From the IMG/VR virus record IMGVR_UViG_3300047586_000083, positions 1-62,866 of that record: a DNA stretch of 62,866 nt. One strand, given 5' to 3'. Positions 1 through 8,858 of the stretch are shown in pieces. Source of the DNA: a virus. The position numbers and the translations under genes were made by a program. The notes beneath the pieces were generated by a model, which was not told the DNA's origin, made no database searches, and saw only the letters and a program-made list of their open reading frames with translations. The stretch's first letter is position 1. The number at the start of each line of letters is the position of its first letter.

Positions 1-127
1 AATACTCGCAGACACCTTGTCGGCAACATTCGAGGACATCATGGTGCGCAATCAGCGCAAGCTGCGCGCCCGGTACCACGATGCCGAATTTCACCGCGAC
101 ATGGCCGTGACGCGGGACTTGCCGACA
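1..127. repeat. Exact 127-nt duplication of the window end (62740-62866). It is an assembly overlap indicating a circular or terminally redundant genome
   Basis: Base-by-base comparison: aatactcgcagacaccttgtcggcaac...gcgggacttgccgaca is present at both ends. Confidence 0.95.
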
Positions 128-157
128 GAACGCGCCCGGCTGGAGGCATCAGAGTAA
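1..157 (+). CDS. MazG-like NTP pyrophosphohydrolase, C-terminal end (continues ORF 62339..62866 across the junction)
   Basis: Codon phase at 62866 continues at nt 128. Reads ...RNQRKLRARYHDAEFHRDMAVTRDLPTERARLEASE, stop TAA 155-157. Confidence 0.7.
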   Translation, partial: ILADTLSATFEDIMVRNQRKLRARYHDAEFHRDMAVTRDLPTERARLEASE

Positions 158-158
158 C

Positions 159-461
159 ATGCTCATTACTGAGGAACTTCAAGAGGCATTAGCCACCAAC
201 ATTGAACGGGATGCCGTTTATAAGGACGGCTGGCGGACGCATGCCCTCGTGATGCTGGCGCTGTTCCCTGAAGGGATACCGGCCCGGACGATGGAAGAGA
301 TGGCGCGGTTTGGATTCCTGTCCATGATCGTGACTAAGTTGGTGCGGTATTGTACATTCATGCCGCATCCCGATTCCATTCACGATCTTGGCGTATACGC
401 CTTCATGCTCGAACACCTAGACAAAGAGGCATCCGTCAATGCCGCACCCTCTGCAACGTGA
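159..461 (+). CDS. Small all-alpha protein, MazG-related / DUF6378-like (tentative)
   Basis: 100 aa. ATG lies 1 nt after the previous stop. Motif IVTKLVRY..HPDSIHDLGVYAFMLEHL resembles the K..R...D..D...Y helix pair of MazG-type phage proteins. Confidence 0.45.
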   Translation: MLITEELQEALATNIERDAVYKDGWRTHALVMLALFPEGIPARTMEEMARFGFLSMIVTKLVRYCTFMPHPDSIHDLGVYAFMLEHLDKEASVNAAPSAT

Positions 462-464
462 CCT

Positions 465-668
465 ATGACCTTCCAGCAAAATTCAGTCAAGCGGGATTGC
501 GCCATATGTGTGAAGCCAATCCTGCCTGGATTCTGGATGCTGGATCTATTCCGGCAGGCGTCCGCTAAGGAAGCGGCAACGGAACGGGTGGAATGGGTGC
601 ACGAGAGTTGCGCGCGGGCCGCTATCGAAGCGTGGCTGAAGAAGAAACGAGAGAAGGCTGCCAAATGA
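465..668 (+). CDS. Hypothetical small protein with CxxC
   Basis: 67 aa, 'RDCAICVKP', basic C-terminus. Packed between neighbours; its stop overlaps the next ATG (ATGA). Confidence 0.5.
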   Translation: MTFQQNSVKRDCAICVKPILPGFWMLDLFRQASAKEAATERVEWVHESCARAAIEAWLKKKREKAAK

Positions 669-1201
669 TAGTTATCGACAATGAAACAACTCACCTAACC
701 GTACCAGAGGCAGCACCAATTGAACAGCAACCGTCCGTCACGGAGTTTGCCGCCATCCGGTTGGATGATAAGACACTAAAGGAAGTCAACAGGATGCAAT
801 TCCTGTGTGACCCTCGGGTTCCCATCCCACCCGAGAGTATCGCCATTACTGGGATCACCAATGAGATGGTCAAGGGCCGTCCGCCATTCTCCGCTTTCTT
901 CCCTGCCCTGGTGGATTACTTTTTGGGAGAGCGGACGGTGGCAGCGCACAATCTGTCCTTTGACATCGCGGTCCTGCGCCATGAGATCAACCGCCTAGGC
1001 CGGGTCACTGCTTTCCCCTGGCCACCTGTACAGATTTGTACTGTGGAACGAACAATCAACCTGAAGGGTCATCGGCTGAACCTCGGTGACTTACACCTGT
1101 TGCTGACTGGAAAGGAACACAAGGACGCGCACCGCGCCATGGCAGATGTGGAGGCACTTTGCCGGGTGATACGGGCGCTCCGAAAGAAAGGCCTGTTATG
1201 A
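665..1201 (+). CDS. DnaQ-like DEDDh 3'-5' exonuclease (copy 1)
   Basis: ExoI 'VIDNETT', ExoII 'AHNLSFDIAVL', ExoIII 'HRAMADVEAL'. Start moved to ATG 665 (MIVIDNETT), which is ATGA-coupled to the upstream gene. Confidence 0.85.
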   Translation: MIVIDNETTHLTVPEAAPIEQQPSVTEFAAIRLDDKTLKEVNRMQFLCDPRVPIPPESIAITGITNEMVKGRPPFSAFFPALVDYFLGERTVAAHNLSFDIAVLRHEINRLGRVTAFPWPPVQICTVERTINLKGHRLNLGDLHLLLTGKEHKDAHRAMADVEALCRVIRALRKKGLL

Positions 1202-1449
1202 CTTTATCCCATGCTGTATATCCAGGCAGTGAGAAACTTGACCTGGGAAGGAAGCGCCCGGCTGTCCTTTGTGAATCATTGGCACAGGCCAATCATATGA
1301 AGACTTTCTGGGGTGAGCATGGCTATGTAGAATTGCTACAGACGCCAATCGAGATTTCACCTGAGCAACTTCAATCGCCAACCAGATTCTGCGAACACGG
1401 AGTCCCAGAAGGTAAGCCGTGTTGTGGATGCGAGATGCTACAACAATGA
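1198..1449 (+). CDS. Hypothetical Cys-rich small protein ending ...EGKPCCGCEMLQQ
   Basis: 83 aa from ATG 1198 (ATGA overlap). Shares the motif EH-x5,6-G-[KQ]-P-C-C-G-C with ORF 2968..3264. Confidence 0.5.
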   Translation: MTLSHAVYPGSEKLDLGRKRPAVLCESLAQANHMKTFWGEHGYVELLQTPIEISPEQLQSPTRFCEHGVPEGKPCCGCEMLQQ

Positions 1450-1748
1450 CACCATCACAACAGATCCGCGACATAGTACCCGTTGTGGCACGCCAACGCC
1501 TAGAGAAGGCCCGGCGTGTTCAGCGCGTTGCCGGCCCGCCAATCATCATCAGCGGCATGGAAGAGCAGCAGATGCTCGCAGCACTCAACCAGGAACCGTT
1601 GACATGGATCATGGCCATTATGACTTACCTCGATGGGCAGGCCGCGCAACGGGATGACTTAGCCAAGATCGTGGCCGGCATCCATGACAGCGTCCTAGAC
1701 CTGGACAGCAAAGTCCAACGGCATCTCGCCAATGAGCACGGACTATGA
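1446..1748 (+). CDS. Hypothetical protein
   Basis: 100 aa from ATG 1446 (ATGA overlap with the previous stop). Stop overlaps the helicase ATG. Confidence 0.5.
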   Translation: MTPSQQIRDIVPVVARQRLEKARRVQRVAGPPIIISGMEEQQMLAALNQEPLTWIMAIMTYLDGQAAQRDDLAKIVAGIHDSVLDLDSKVQRHLANEHGL

Positions 1749-2980
1749 CCCTTACACCGGAGCAGTCCACGGCGCTCGATGCCATCGGGCGCTGGCTTAT
1801 CGGCCCGCGTCAGACCTTCAGCCTGGCCGGTTATGCCGGCACCGGCAAGACCACCTTACTACAGCATTTCATCAACGCCCAGCCGAACATAGTCACCTGC
1901 TGCGCGCCAACCGGCAAGGCCGCCAGCGTGCTACAGAAACGTCTAACCAACGCCAATGTAAGTACCATCCACCGCGCCATCTATACGCCCGTTGCCCCAT
2001 CCATCGCCAAGTTGGAAACCCTAGAGATGGAGTTACTGAATCATCCCAACAATCAGGCGCTCCAAGATGCCATCCGAGAGGAAAAGGCCCGGCTATCTAA
2101 GAAGGATCTGAAGTTCAACCTGAAGCAGGATGTACTCATCTCCCGTGGGCAGCTGGTTGTAATTGACGAGGCATCTATGGTGACGCGCCGGATGCGAAAA
2201 GACTTGGAGGATACTGGCGCTAAGATCCTGTATGTTGGTGACCCAGGGCAGCTGCCTCCAGTCAGGGATGATGGTTTCTTTTCCCATTGCCCACCGGACG
2301 TTATGCTGGTGAAGGTTCAACGGCAGGCGCTCGATTCCCCTATCATTCGCATTTCCATGCAAATTCGGAATGGGGAGGAAGTACCGCCAACCTCCGGGCC
2401 GGGCGCTTTCCGCAAGATGCCTAAGAAGGCGATGCCGGCGCTGGAGTGGCTTGCCTTCGATCAAGTGATCACAGGCAAGAACGATTCACGCCGAAGCGTC
2501 AACCGTTACTTTCGACGGCATGCCGGGCGCGATATGAAATGGCCGCAGGATGGTGACCGGCTGATATGTTTGAAGAATGACCGGGATGCCGATACATACT
2601 TTATCAACGGCATCCAGGCAACCGCCATAAGTAACTTCGATTTCAACCCGGACTTCGGAGAGATTCAAGGTGACATCCTGTATGAAGGTCAAATCATACG
2701 GTCTCATTCATACTACCGCTACCCATTCGCAGCTCATTACGATTATCACATGGAGAATGGCAAGGCCGTCATTGACTGCGAGGAAGACCCGCCACAGTCA
2801 CGGCGCGGGCTGCGTGAGTTTGACTATGCCTATGGGATCACCGTCCATAAGTCACAAGGATCGGAGTGGGGCCGGGTCTTGTTTGCAGATGACCACATGG
2901 CCATGGGCGCGGATGACTACAAGAAATGGCTGTATACCGCTGTAACGCGGGCTAGAGAGGAATTGGTATGGCTTTACTGA
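1745..2980 (+). CDS. SF1 RecD/Dda-like ATP-dependent DNA helicase
   Basis: Walker A 'GYAGTGKTT', Walker B 'VVIDEASMV', 'YVGDPGQLPPV', 'ITVHKSQGSEW', 'YTAVTRAREEL'. Confidence 0.9.
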   Translation: MTLTPEQSTALDAIGRWLIGPRQTFSLAGYAGTGKTTLLQHFINAQPNIVTCCAPTGKAASVLQKRLTNANVSTIHRAIYTPVAPSIAKLETLEMELLNHPNNQALQDAIREEKARLSKKDLKFNLKQDVLISRGQLVVIDEASMVTRRMRKDLEDTGAKILYVGDPGQLPPVRDDGFFSHCPPDVMLVKVQRQALDSPIIRISMQIRNGEEVPPTSGPGAFRKMPKKAMPALEWLAFDQVITGKNDSRRSVNRYFRRHAGRDMKWPQDGDRLICLKNDRDADTYFINGIQATAISNFDFNPDFGEIQGDILYEGQIIRSHSYYRYPFAAHYDYHMENGKAVIDCEEDPPQSRRGLREFDYAYGITVHKSQGSEWGRVLFADDHMAMGADDYKKWLYTAVTRAREELVWLY

Positions 2981-3264
2981 CGGATTCGACAGCATTCTCA
3001 ACAACCTTATACGCAGAACACGATAGCAAGGGCCAACCTTGCTGTGGTTGCGTTGAGGTTCTCATCAACAAACAAACCGGGCGCTGCCTGATGCTCTGTA
3101 ACGAGTGCGGAGCGGAGATGGGCGCAGGCACCGAACGAACAACGAAAGATGACCCGGACGGATTCTGGAAACAGCAGGAGCGAGTACCGGAGAGCACCCG
3201 AGTATTCTGGAATGGTGGAGCGTATGTCACAAGTGAATCCCATAATGGGCCGGTCATCCTTTGA
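2968..3264 (+). CDS. Hypothetical Cys-rich (zinc-ribbon-like) protein
   Basis: 98 aa, 'SKGQPCCGCVEVLINKQTGRCLMLCNECG'. Overlaps the helicase stop and the radical-SAM start. Confidence 0.5.
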   Translation: MALLTDSTAFSTTLYAEHDSKGQPCCGCVEVLINKQTGRCLMLCNECGAEMGAGTERTTKDDPDGFWKQQERVPESTRVFWNGGAYVTSESHNGPVIL

Positions 3265-3964
3265 CCTTTCGATCATGTACAGCCGTGAATGCAATCTTCA
3301 TTGCCTTCATTGTATGTACAGCGCCGGGCCGGATATGCATGACCAATTGGACCTAGATGCACTGCGCCGTTTCATTACCACATGGGATTGGCGCGTGAAC
3401 TCTGTAGGGTTCTATGGCGGAGAAGTTACTCTCCAACTGGCTGCGTATAAGTCCATTTGCGATATGCTTCCAGCGGGACTCCAACGATGGATGTTCAGTA
3501 ATGGTACTTGGTCCGCAGGACCATCAGAGCGAATCCACGAAGTCATTCAATGGACTATTGATAATCGAGTTTCACCCATCATCGTAAGTGGGACCCGTTA
3601 TCACCAGCCATATCAGGATTGGGCGGTGCTAGAGAGTCTGGCGCGAACCTGGCCTGAGCACATCTGGCTCAAGGCTGACGAAGGTCACTATCTACCAATG
3701 GGACGGTTGGCTGGGCTGATGCCATTCTCCTGTAAGCGCCGTTGCGAGACAGACGCCCGGCCCATGCGGATCGCAGTACAACCGGACGGGTCCGTGATCT
3801 TTCAGACCTGTGACGGGCGGTATCCTGTGATTGGCGACATAACGGCAGGCTTCCCAGAACTAGCAGACCGTTGCACGGGTGTCCGCGAGAATTATTGCCG
3901 TGCGGCGGAGGTTGGTGACTTTGACGCTATGGATGGGACGGTGGACAGTGAAACCCTCGCCTAA
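3224..3964 (+). CDS. Radical SAM enzyme with a C-terminal twitch/SPASM-like Cys region
   Basis: 'RECNLHCLHCMY' (CxxxCxxC), 'FYGGEVTL' (GGE SAM motif), C-terminal 'RCETDARPMRIAVQPDGSVIFQTCDGRYPVIGDI...C...C'. Start chosen at ATG 3224 (GGTGGAG 5 nt upstream); 3212 and 3245 are also possible. Confidence 0.8.
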   Translation: MSQVNPIMGRSSFDLSIMYSRECNLHCLHCMYSAGPDMHDQLDLDALRRFITTWDWRVNSVGFYGGEVTLQLAAYKSICDMLPAGLQRWMFSNGTWSAGPSERIHEVIQWTIDNRVSPIIVSGTRYHQPYQDWAVLESLARTWPEHIWLKADEGHYLPMGRLAGLMPFSCKRRCETDARPMRIAVQPDGSVIFQTCDGRYPVIGDITAGFPELADRCTGVRENYCRAAEVGDFDAMDGTVDSETLA

Positions 3965-4292
3965 GCGCCAGCCCGCTGTCCGGGTGCCGCCCGCCCGCGA
4001 CTGGCAGCAGGAAGCCATCGACTGCGGCAAACGGCAAGCCATCATCCAGGCCGCCAATCTTCGCAATCACGGGCGCTATCGGGTTGGGGACTTTGTCCGT
4101 GTACTCTCGGAGGTAAGCGCCTATTACCTGCTCATTGGCCGGGTGGTAGAGATCACCCGTTTCAATGACAGCGGTATAATCGAGTTTACAGACGCCATGC
4201 TACAAAGCGCCCGCAATCCTGAACAAGTAACCAGCGCCAAGCGCCGGGTGCACTTCTATTGGCGCATGCTGCAAGAGGTAATCGTATGCTGA
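3933..4292 (+). CDS. Hypothetical protein
   Basis: 119 aa from the internal ATG 3933 of ORF 3879..4292. Overlaps the radical-SAM 3' end. Start uncertain. Confidence 0.4.
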   Translation: MGRWTVKPSPKRQPAVRVPPARDWQQEAIDCGKRQAIIQAANLRNHGRYRVGDFVRVLSEVSAYYLLIGRVVEITRFNDSGIIEFTDAMLQSARNPEQVTSAKRRVHFYWRMLQEVIVC

Positions 4293-4501
4293 AACAATTC
4301 GGGTTGTTCTTTCAACGGTCATACAACTGGTTCCACTATGGCGGATTCCAAGAATGGCTGTACCGCGTTCCCGGTTATCCCAAACGTTGCTTTGTCTGTG
4401 GCCATTGGTACTGGTTGCGCGACGGTCACAAATACTGGGATGAGGCTGCTGACTCTATGTGTAGTGATGAGTGCCAGCGCCAATACTTCAGGATACTCTA
4501 A
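4286..4501 (+). CDS. Hypothetical zinc-finger protein (FCS-like)
   Basis: 71 aa, 'RCFVCGHWYW...SMCSDECQRQY'. ATG 4286 overlaps the previous stop. Confidence 0.5.
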   Translation: MLKQFGLFFQRSYNWFHYGGFQEWLYRVPGYPKRCFVCGHWYWLRDGHKYWDEAADSMCSDECQRQYFRIL

Positions 4502-4731
4502 TGCCTACGACAACCAGAAAGATCATCCTACCTGACTTGGCGAAAGAGTATTATGACGTCAAGCAGGCCTATGCCTTTCTCGCCACTCCGGTGCCCGAAG
4601 GATACCGGCGCTGGATATGTCTGCTGTGTGGATTCCCGGCAGACTTTCGCGCCACCTGCGATTGGGTTGGTGCCGTCTGCTGTGGAGGGTGTGGACAAAG
4701 TTGCGTCCGTCCCATTGAAGAATGGAAGTGA
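4501..4731 (+). CDS. Hypothetical Cys-rich protein
   Basis: 76 aa, 'WICLLCGF...ATCDWVGAVCCGGCGQSC'. TAATG overlap with the previous gene. Confidence 0.5.
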   Translation: MPTTTRKIILPDLAKEYYDVKQAYAFLATPVPEGYRRWICLLCGFPADFRATCDWVGAVCCGGCGQSCVRPIEEWK

Positions 4732-4744
4732 AAGGAGTTAGGTC

Positions 4745-5044
4745 ATGCAAGTTGGAACATATAAGGCATTACACTTCGGAGGTTTTGAAAATGGAACCCC
4801 ACCAAGATCCAAGACCATTCCAAAGATCAAGGCCCTAGCAGACGCGCCGGAAACCAGTCAAGAGTTGAACCCGCTGCTAGCAATGGGCCGTCTGATGCTG
4901 GATCATCAATTGGTTGGAGAGAAGCTGCGCAGTTTGCATCTTGACCCGGATGCCTACCACGGCAATTTACAAGTGGTCTCTACCACGTTGAGTTGGATGC
5001 GAACTTTGATCACAATGATGATAGAGCAATGTGAAGGAAAATGA
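4745..5044 (+). CDS. Hypothetical protein
   Basis: 99 aa, strong SD AAAGGAG 7 nt upstream, ATGA overlap with dnaE. Confidence 0.55.
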   Translation: MQVGTYKALHFGGFENGTPPRSKTIPKIKALADAPETSQELNPLLAMGRLMLDHQLVGEKLRSLHLDPDAYHGNLQVVSTTLSWMRTLITMMIEQCEGK

Positions 5045-7878
5045 TCAACCTACGGGTCCGAACTGAATACACCTTCAGCGGCGCTTACGGCCCGCTGCCG
5101 AAGGTCTTGGCCGCAGTGCGGGATGCGCCGTCAGTTGGAATTGCAGACCGCCATGGCACCTGGGGCCACGTTGCTTTCAGCAAAGCCTGTAAGAAGGCCG
5201 GCAAGCAGCCGATCTTTGGCGTTGAATTGGGCGTGGTATCCGTCCTAGAGCGAGAGCGCCACCCGTCTAACTGGATGGCCTTCTTAGCCCGGACTGATGC
5301 CGGATTGCAGGAGTTATATGAACTGGTCACCGAGTCAACAACAGATGACCATTTCTATTACCACCCACGCATCGACTACAAACGCTTATCAGCAGTCACA
5401 GACAATCTCATCATCCTTTCCGGCACCAACCCTATCTGGGACCGTCTTCCCAAGCGCCAAAAGAACCTATATGTGGAACTTGCCCCCAGTAGTCAGCCTG
5501 CTGCGGTAGAGTGGGCACGCGCCAACCGCCGTCCGCTTGTGGCTACCTCGGACAACTATTATCCCGCGTTCGAGAACCGGGCGGTGTACGAGATCATTGC
5601 CGGCCGCAACCGGGACTCCCGTACCACGCCCATGCACATCCTGGACCGCTGGGAATGGCTTAACTATTGGCCGGGTCAGACGGCTGCCCTGGACATGACG
5701 CGGGCGCTGGCAGCGGAGTGCCGCGCCGTCATCCCCCAGGCCAAGATGGTCAAGTACCATAGCAAGCAGACCCTGGAGCAGATGTGCCGCGCCGCAGCGC
5801 CCGCGCGTGGGATCAATCTCAAAGACCCGGTATACAAGGCCCGGTTGAGGAGAGAGTTAGACCTGATCACAGAAAAGGATTTTGATGACTACTTCTTTGT
5901 GATCGCGGACATGCTGCGGTACGCCAAACAGCATATGCTGGTTGGCCCGGCACGCGGTAGCAGTTGCGGTTCGCTGGTTTGCTATCTTCTATCCATCACA
6001 GAGATTGATCCAATTCCATTCAGCCTCATCTTTGAACGTTTCATTGACATCAACCGTAAGGATCTGCCCGACATAGACATTGACTTTCCTGATGACCGGC
6101 GCGAGATGGTGTTTGAGTATATCCGGCAGAAGTATGGCGTGGATTGTGTTGCCCGCCTAGGCACCATCATGCGTTACAAGGCCAAGAGTGCCATTGACGT
6201 TGTGGCAATATCCTTGAAGATTCCCATTGGGGAAGTGGAGAATTTGAAGGGTGCCATCATTGAACGTAGCGGTGGTGACGCGCGGGCCGCTTTCTGTATT
6301 CTGGATACCTTCAATGAGTTGGAAGTGGGGAAGACTATGCTGGCTAAGTATCCCCATTTGCGTGTGGCTGCGGACATCGAGATGCACGCCCGTGGTACTG
6401 GGCAGCACGCAGCCGGCATCGTCATTACTGCTGAACCCATCAGCAAGTTCTGCTCTCGCAATATGCAGACGGGCGCCATCATGGTGGACAAATATGATGC
6501 TGAGGCAGTCAACCTTCTCAAGATAGACGCCCTAGGGTTGCGCACTCTCTCGGTCATTCAAGATTGTCTTGACCAGATAGGTCAATCGCGGGAATGGTTG
6601 ATGAAGCGCCCGTTGGGTGATGAGGATGCGTTCGATGTCATCAACAACAGTAGGTTCGCGGGCATCTTCCAATTCGAGGGATATGCGCTGCAATCCCTCT
6701 GTCAGCAGATGAAGATTGAGGACTTTGAAGACATCGCATCCCTAGGCGCTTTGGCCCGGCCTGGGCCGCTGAACTCGGGTGGTGCGAATGAATTTGTTAA
6801 GCGCCGTACCGGACAAGTGCCAGTGACCTATCTACATCCACTATGCAAGGAGATGACCAAGGTGACTTATGGCGTGGTCATCTATCAGGAACAGGTCATG
6901 CAGATCGGGCGCGTGGTGGGGCAATTGTCCTGGGAGGATGTGAGTGAACTCCGAAAGGCAATGGCAAAGTCAAAGGGCCAGGAGTTTTTTGACCAATACT
7001 GGAACAAGTTCCGGGCCGGTGCTCTCGCTCAGGGAGTAACGGAAGAGGATGCCAACCAGATCTGGAAAAACATCAATACCATGGGCAGCTGGTCCTTCAA
7101 CCGGAGTCACGCCGTATCCTACGGGATGGTTACTTACTGGTGTATGGTGCTGAAAGCCCACTACCCATTGGAATGGGCCACGGCCTGTCTTCGCCATGCC
7201 TCAGGCGCGGATCAATGTGTCAAGCTGCTACGTGAGTTGGACTCGGAAGGTTACAAGTACAAGGACTTCAACATACAACGGAGTGAGATCAATTGGTCAG
7301 TGAAGGATGGCTTATTGATTGGCGGACTTCTGAATGTAGATGGAGTTGGCCCGAGCAAGGCTGAGGGCATAATGGAGCGCCGAAGGGCCGGGCGTCCGCT
7401 TACTCCCGCCATGCAGAAGAAACTAGAGGCAGCCGTTACTCCGTTCAGTTATGAGAAGGTGTTTGAGTGTCGAGTAAGGTTTGGTGATCTTCTGAAGAAT
7501 CCATCCCGGTACAACATCTCATCCAAGATTTGGCGCCTATCAGACATCACCAGCGAGATGGAAGGTGAATTTGTCTTTCTCGGGAAAATGGTCAAGAAGG
7601 ATTTGCGTGACCTGAATGAACCTCTCTTCCTACAGAAGCGTGGCGGGCGCTATGAGACGGGCCAGACCCTTTTCTTGAACATGACTGTGGAGGATGATAC
7701 CGCCAGCATTCTTCTATCTGTGAACAAAAGGGATTATTTGGACATTGGTAAGCCACTAGTGGAGACGGGCCGGATTGGTGAATGGTACTTGTGGAAGGGC
7801 TGGATGCGGCGCGGGTTCCGAAAGGTTTATGTGAAACGATGCTGGCCGGAATCGCGTTTCAACACTCCAGTGGAATAA
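5041..7878 (+). CDS. dnaE: DNA polymerase III alpha subunit (DnaE-type C-family replicase), compact 945-aa form
   Basis: N-terminal PHP region; 'LVGPARGSSCGSLVCYLLSITEIDP', 'DIDIDF', 'KIDALGLRTLS', 'ALARPGP', 'YQEQVMQI', 'SHAVSYG'. Confidence 0.9.
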   Translation: MINLRVRTEYTFSGAYGPLPKVLAAVRDAPSVGIADRHGTWGHVAFSKACKKAGKQPIFGVELGVVSVLERERHPSNWMAFLARTDAGLQELYELVTESTTDDHFYYHPRIDYKRLSAVTDNLIILSGTNPIWDRLPKRQKNLYVELAPSSQPAAVEWARANRRPLVATSDNYYPAFENRAVYEIIAGRNRDSRTTPMHILDRWEWLNYWPGQTAALDMTRALAAECRAVIPQAKMVKYHSKQTLEQMCRAAAPARGINLKDPVYKARLRRELDLITEKDFDDYFFVIADMLRYAKQHMLVGPARGSSCGSLVCYLLSITEIDPIPFSLIFERFIDINRKDLPDIDIDFPDDRREMVFEYIRQKYGVDCVARLGTIMRYKAKSAIDVVAISLKIPIGEVENLKGAIIERSGGDARAAFCILDTFNELEVGKTMLAKYPHLRVAADIEMHARGTGQHAAGIVITAEPISKFCSRNMQTGAIMVDKYDAEAVNLLKIDALGLRTLSVIQDCLDQIGQSREWLMKRPLGDEDAFDVINNSRFAGIFQFEGYALQSLCQQMKIEDFEDIASLGALARPGPLNSGGANEFVKRRTGQVPVTYLHPLCKEMTKVTYGVVIYQEQVMQIGRVVGQLSWEDVSELRKAMAKSKGQEFFDQYWNKFRAGALAQGVTEEDANQIWKNINTMGSWSFNRSHAVSYGMVTYWCMVLKAHYPLEWATACLRHASGADQCVKLLRELDSEGYKYKDFNIQRSEINWSVKDGLLIGGLLNVDGVGPSKAEGIMERRRAGRPLTPAMQKKLEAAVTPFSYEKVFECRVRFGDLLKNPSRYNISSKIWRLSDITSEMEGEFVFLGKMVKKDLRDLNEPLFLQKRGGRYETGQTLFLNMTVEDDTASILLSVNKRDYLDIGKPLVETGRIGEWYLWKGWMRRGFRKVYVKRCWPESRFNTPVE

Positions 7879-7997
7879 TTATTTTCGCTTTCATTTCATA
7901 TGCTTGCGCCATTGTTCAGAAGTCCAGTGTAGACTCTTGTACTGAACAGGGTCCATAATGGGAAGTGCCGGAAACGCCGGCAAGGGAAAGGAACCCA

Positions 7998-8606
7998 ATG
8001 GGCAATAAACTGAGCAGTTTTGTAAAAGGCCTGAAGACGCCCGACATCCTGGCGCTCTACAATTTGGCCAACTACCCGGAAACACCTGTCAAGAGATTTG
8101 CCACGCGCATGGCAGCAGAAGCCCGCTTGGTGCGGGTTATGGCCGTTGACCCGGCCTACTTCTATAAGCGATTGGCAGCGCCTGCCGCAAAGCTGAACAT
8201 CCATCTCCCGGTGCCCGAGGGCGCCACCCCACGCAAGCCCGCCGCACCTGCTGTGGTTCCCGTGTCGAAGCGCCCGGCCATCGATGTAATCACGGATGCT
8301 GCCGACAAGAAGGCGCTCCAGGCCATCGAAGCGGAGGGAAGGCCCGCCGCGCCCAAGCCCGCCGCGCCCGCCGTCAGGGCCCACGCGCTGGCCAAGGAAG
8401 AGAGCGCCCAAGCTGACGCGCGGGAAGGGAAGGCCAAGAAGAAACAGATCACCTCACCCCATCTCAACCTCCGTTGCCCGGAGTGCGGATACTACGCCAA
8501 GTCCACAATGGTGTACCTGGCCATCGCCCGGCTGGCATGCCCGGTATCGCCCAAGCACGGCCCGCTGCTGACGGCGGATGAACGTGGAGAGAAGAGAGGG
8601 CGCTAG
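7998..8606 (+). CDS. Hypothetical protein with an Ala/Pro-rich linker and a C-terminal zinc ribbon
   Basis: 202 aa from ATG 7998 (GGAAAGGAA upstream). 'PAAPKPAAPAV' low complexity; 'LRCPECGYY...ACPVSPKHG'. Confidence 0.5.
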   Translation: MGNKLSSFVKGLKTPDILALYNLANYPETPVKRFATRMAAEARLVRVMAVDPAYFYKRLAAPAAKLNIHLPVPEGATPRKPAAPAVVPVSKRPAIDVITDAADKKALQAIEAEGRPAAPKPAAPAVRAHALAKEESAQADAREGKAKKKQITSPHLNLRCPECGYYAKSTMVYLAIARLACPVSPKHGPLLTADERGEKRGR

Positions 8607-8858
8607 ATGAATCGCAAGCCATTCCCGAGCAAGGTCAATTGGCGGGCGCTATGGCGCCACCGCTGGGTGCTGCTGAACTTCTTGAACCAGGTGGCCTATG
8701 GCCGGTTTGAGGACACCTGCCTCATCGTTGGTCACTACAGTGGGACCAACTCATTTGCGCGCCTGCTGTATAAGGCTGCAACGGACGTTATCCAAGTAGA
8801 ATCCAAACCAAACTTCCGGCCCGTTCGGAAGAGCATCAGCCCAAGGAGGGTACGTTAG
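8607..8858 (+). CDS. Hypothetical protein
   Basis: 83 aa, ATG directly after the previous TAG. Confidence 0.45.
   Translation: MNRKPFPSKVNWRALWRHRWVLLNFLNQVAYGRFEDTCLIVGHYSGTNSFARLLYKAATDVIQVESKPNFRPVRKSISPRRVR

Noticed and set aside
1-127. Interpreting the 127-nt duplication as a physical direct terminal repeat
   Set aside because: The repeat falls in the middle of a coding sequence, and its length equals a common assembler k-mer. An assembly overlap is more parsimonious. Read data are needed to decide.
3224-3964. Assigning the radical SAM enzyme as QueE or as the NrdG activase
   Set aside because: The partner genes (QueC/QueD/FolE/DpdA, or NrdD) are absent. The C-terminal PDG-containing Cys region points instead to a twitch/SPASM architecture.
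7896-8467. Antisense ORFs (171 aa and 101 aa) in the very GC-rich Ala/Pro-coding stretch
   Set aside because: They are a by-product of GCC/CCG-rich coding on the plus strand. They are Gly/Arg-rich with no starts that have an SD.
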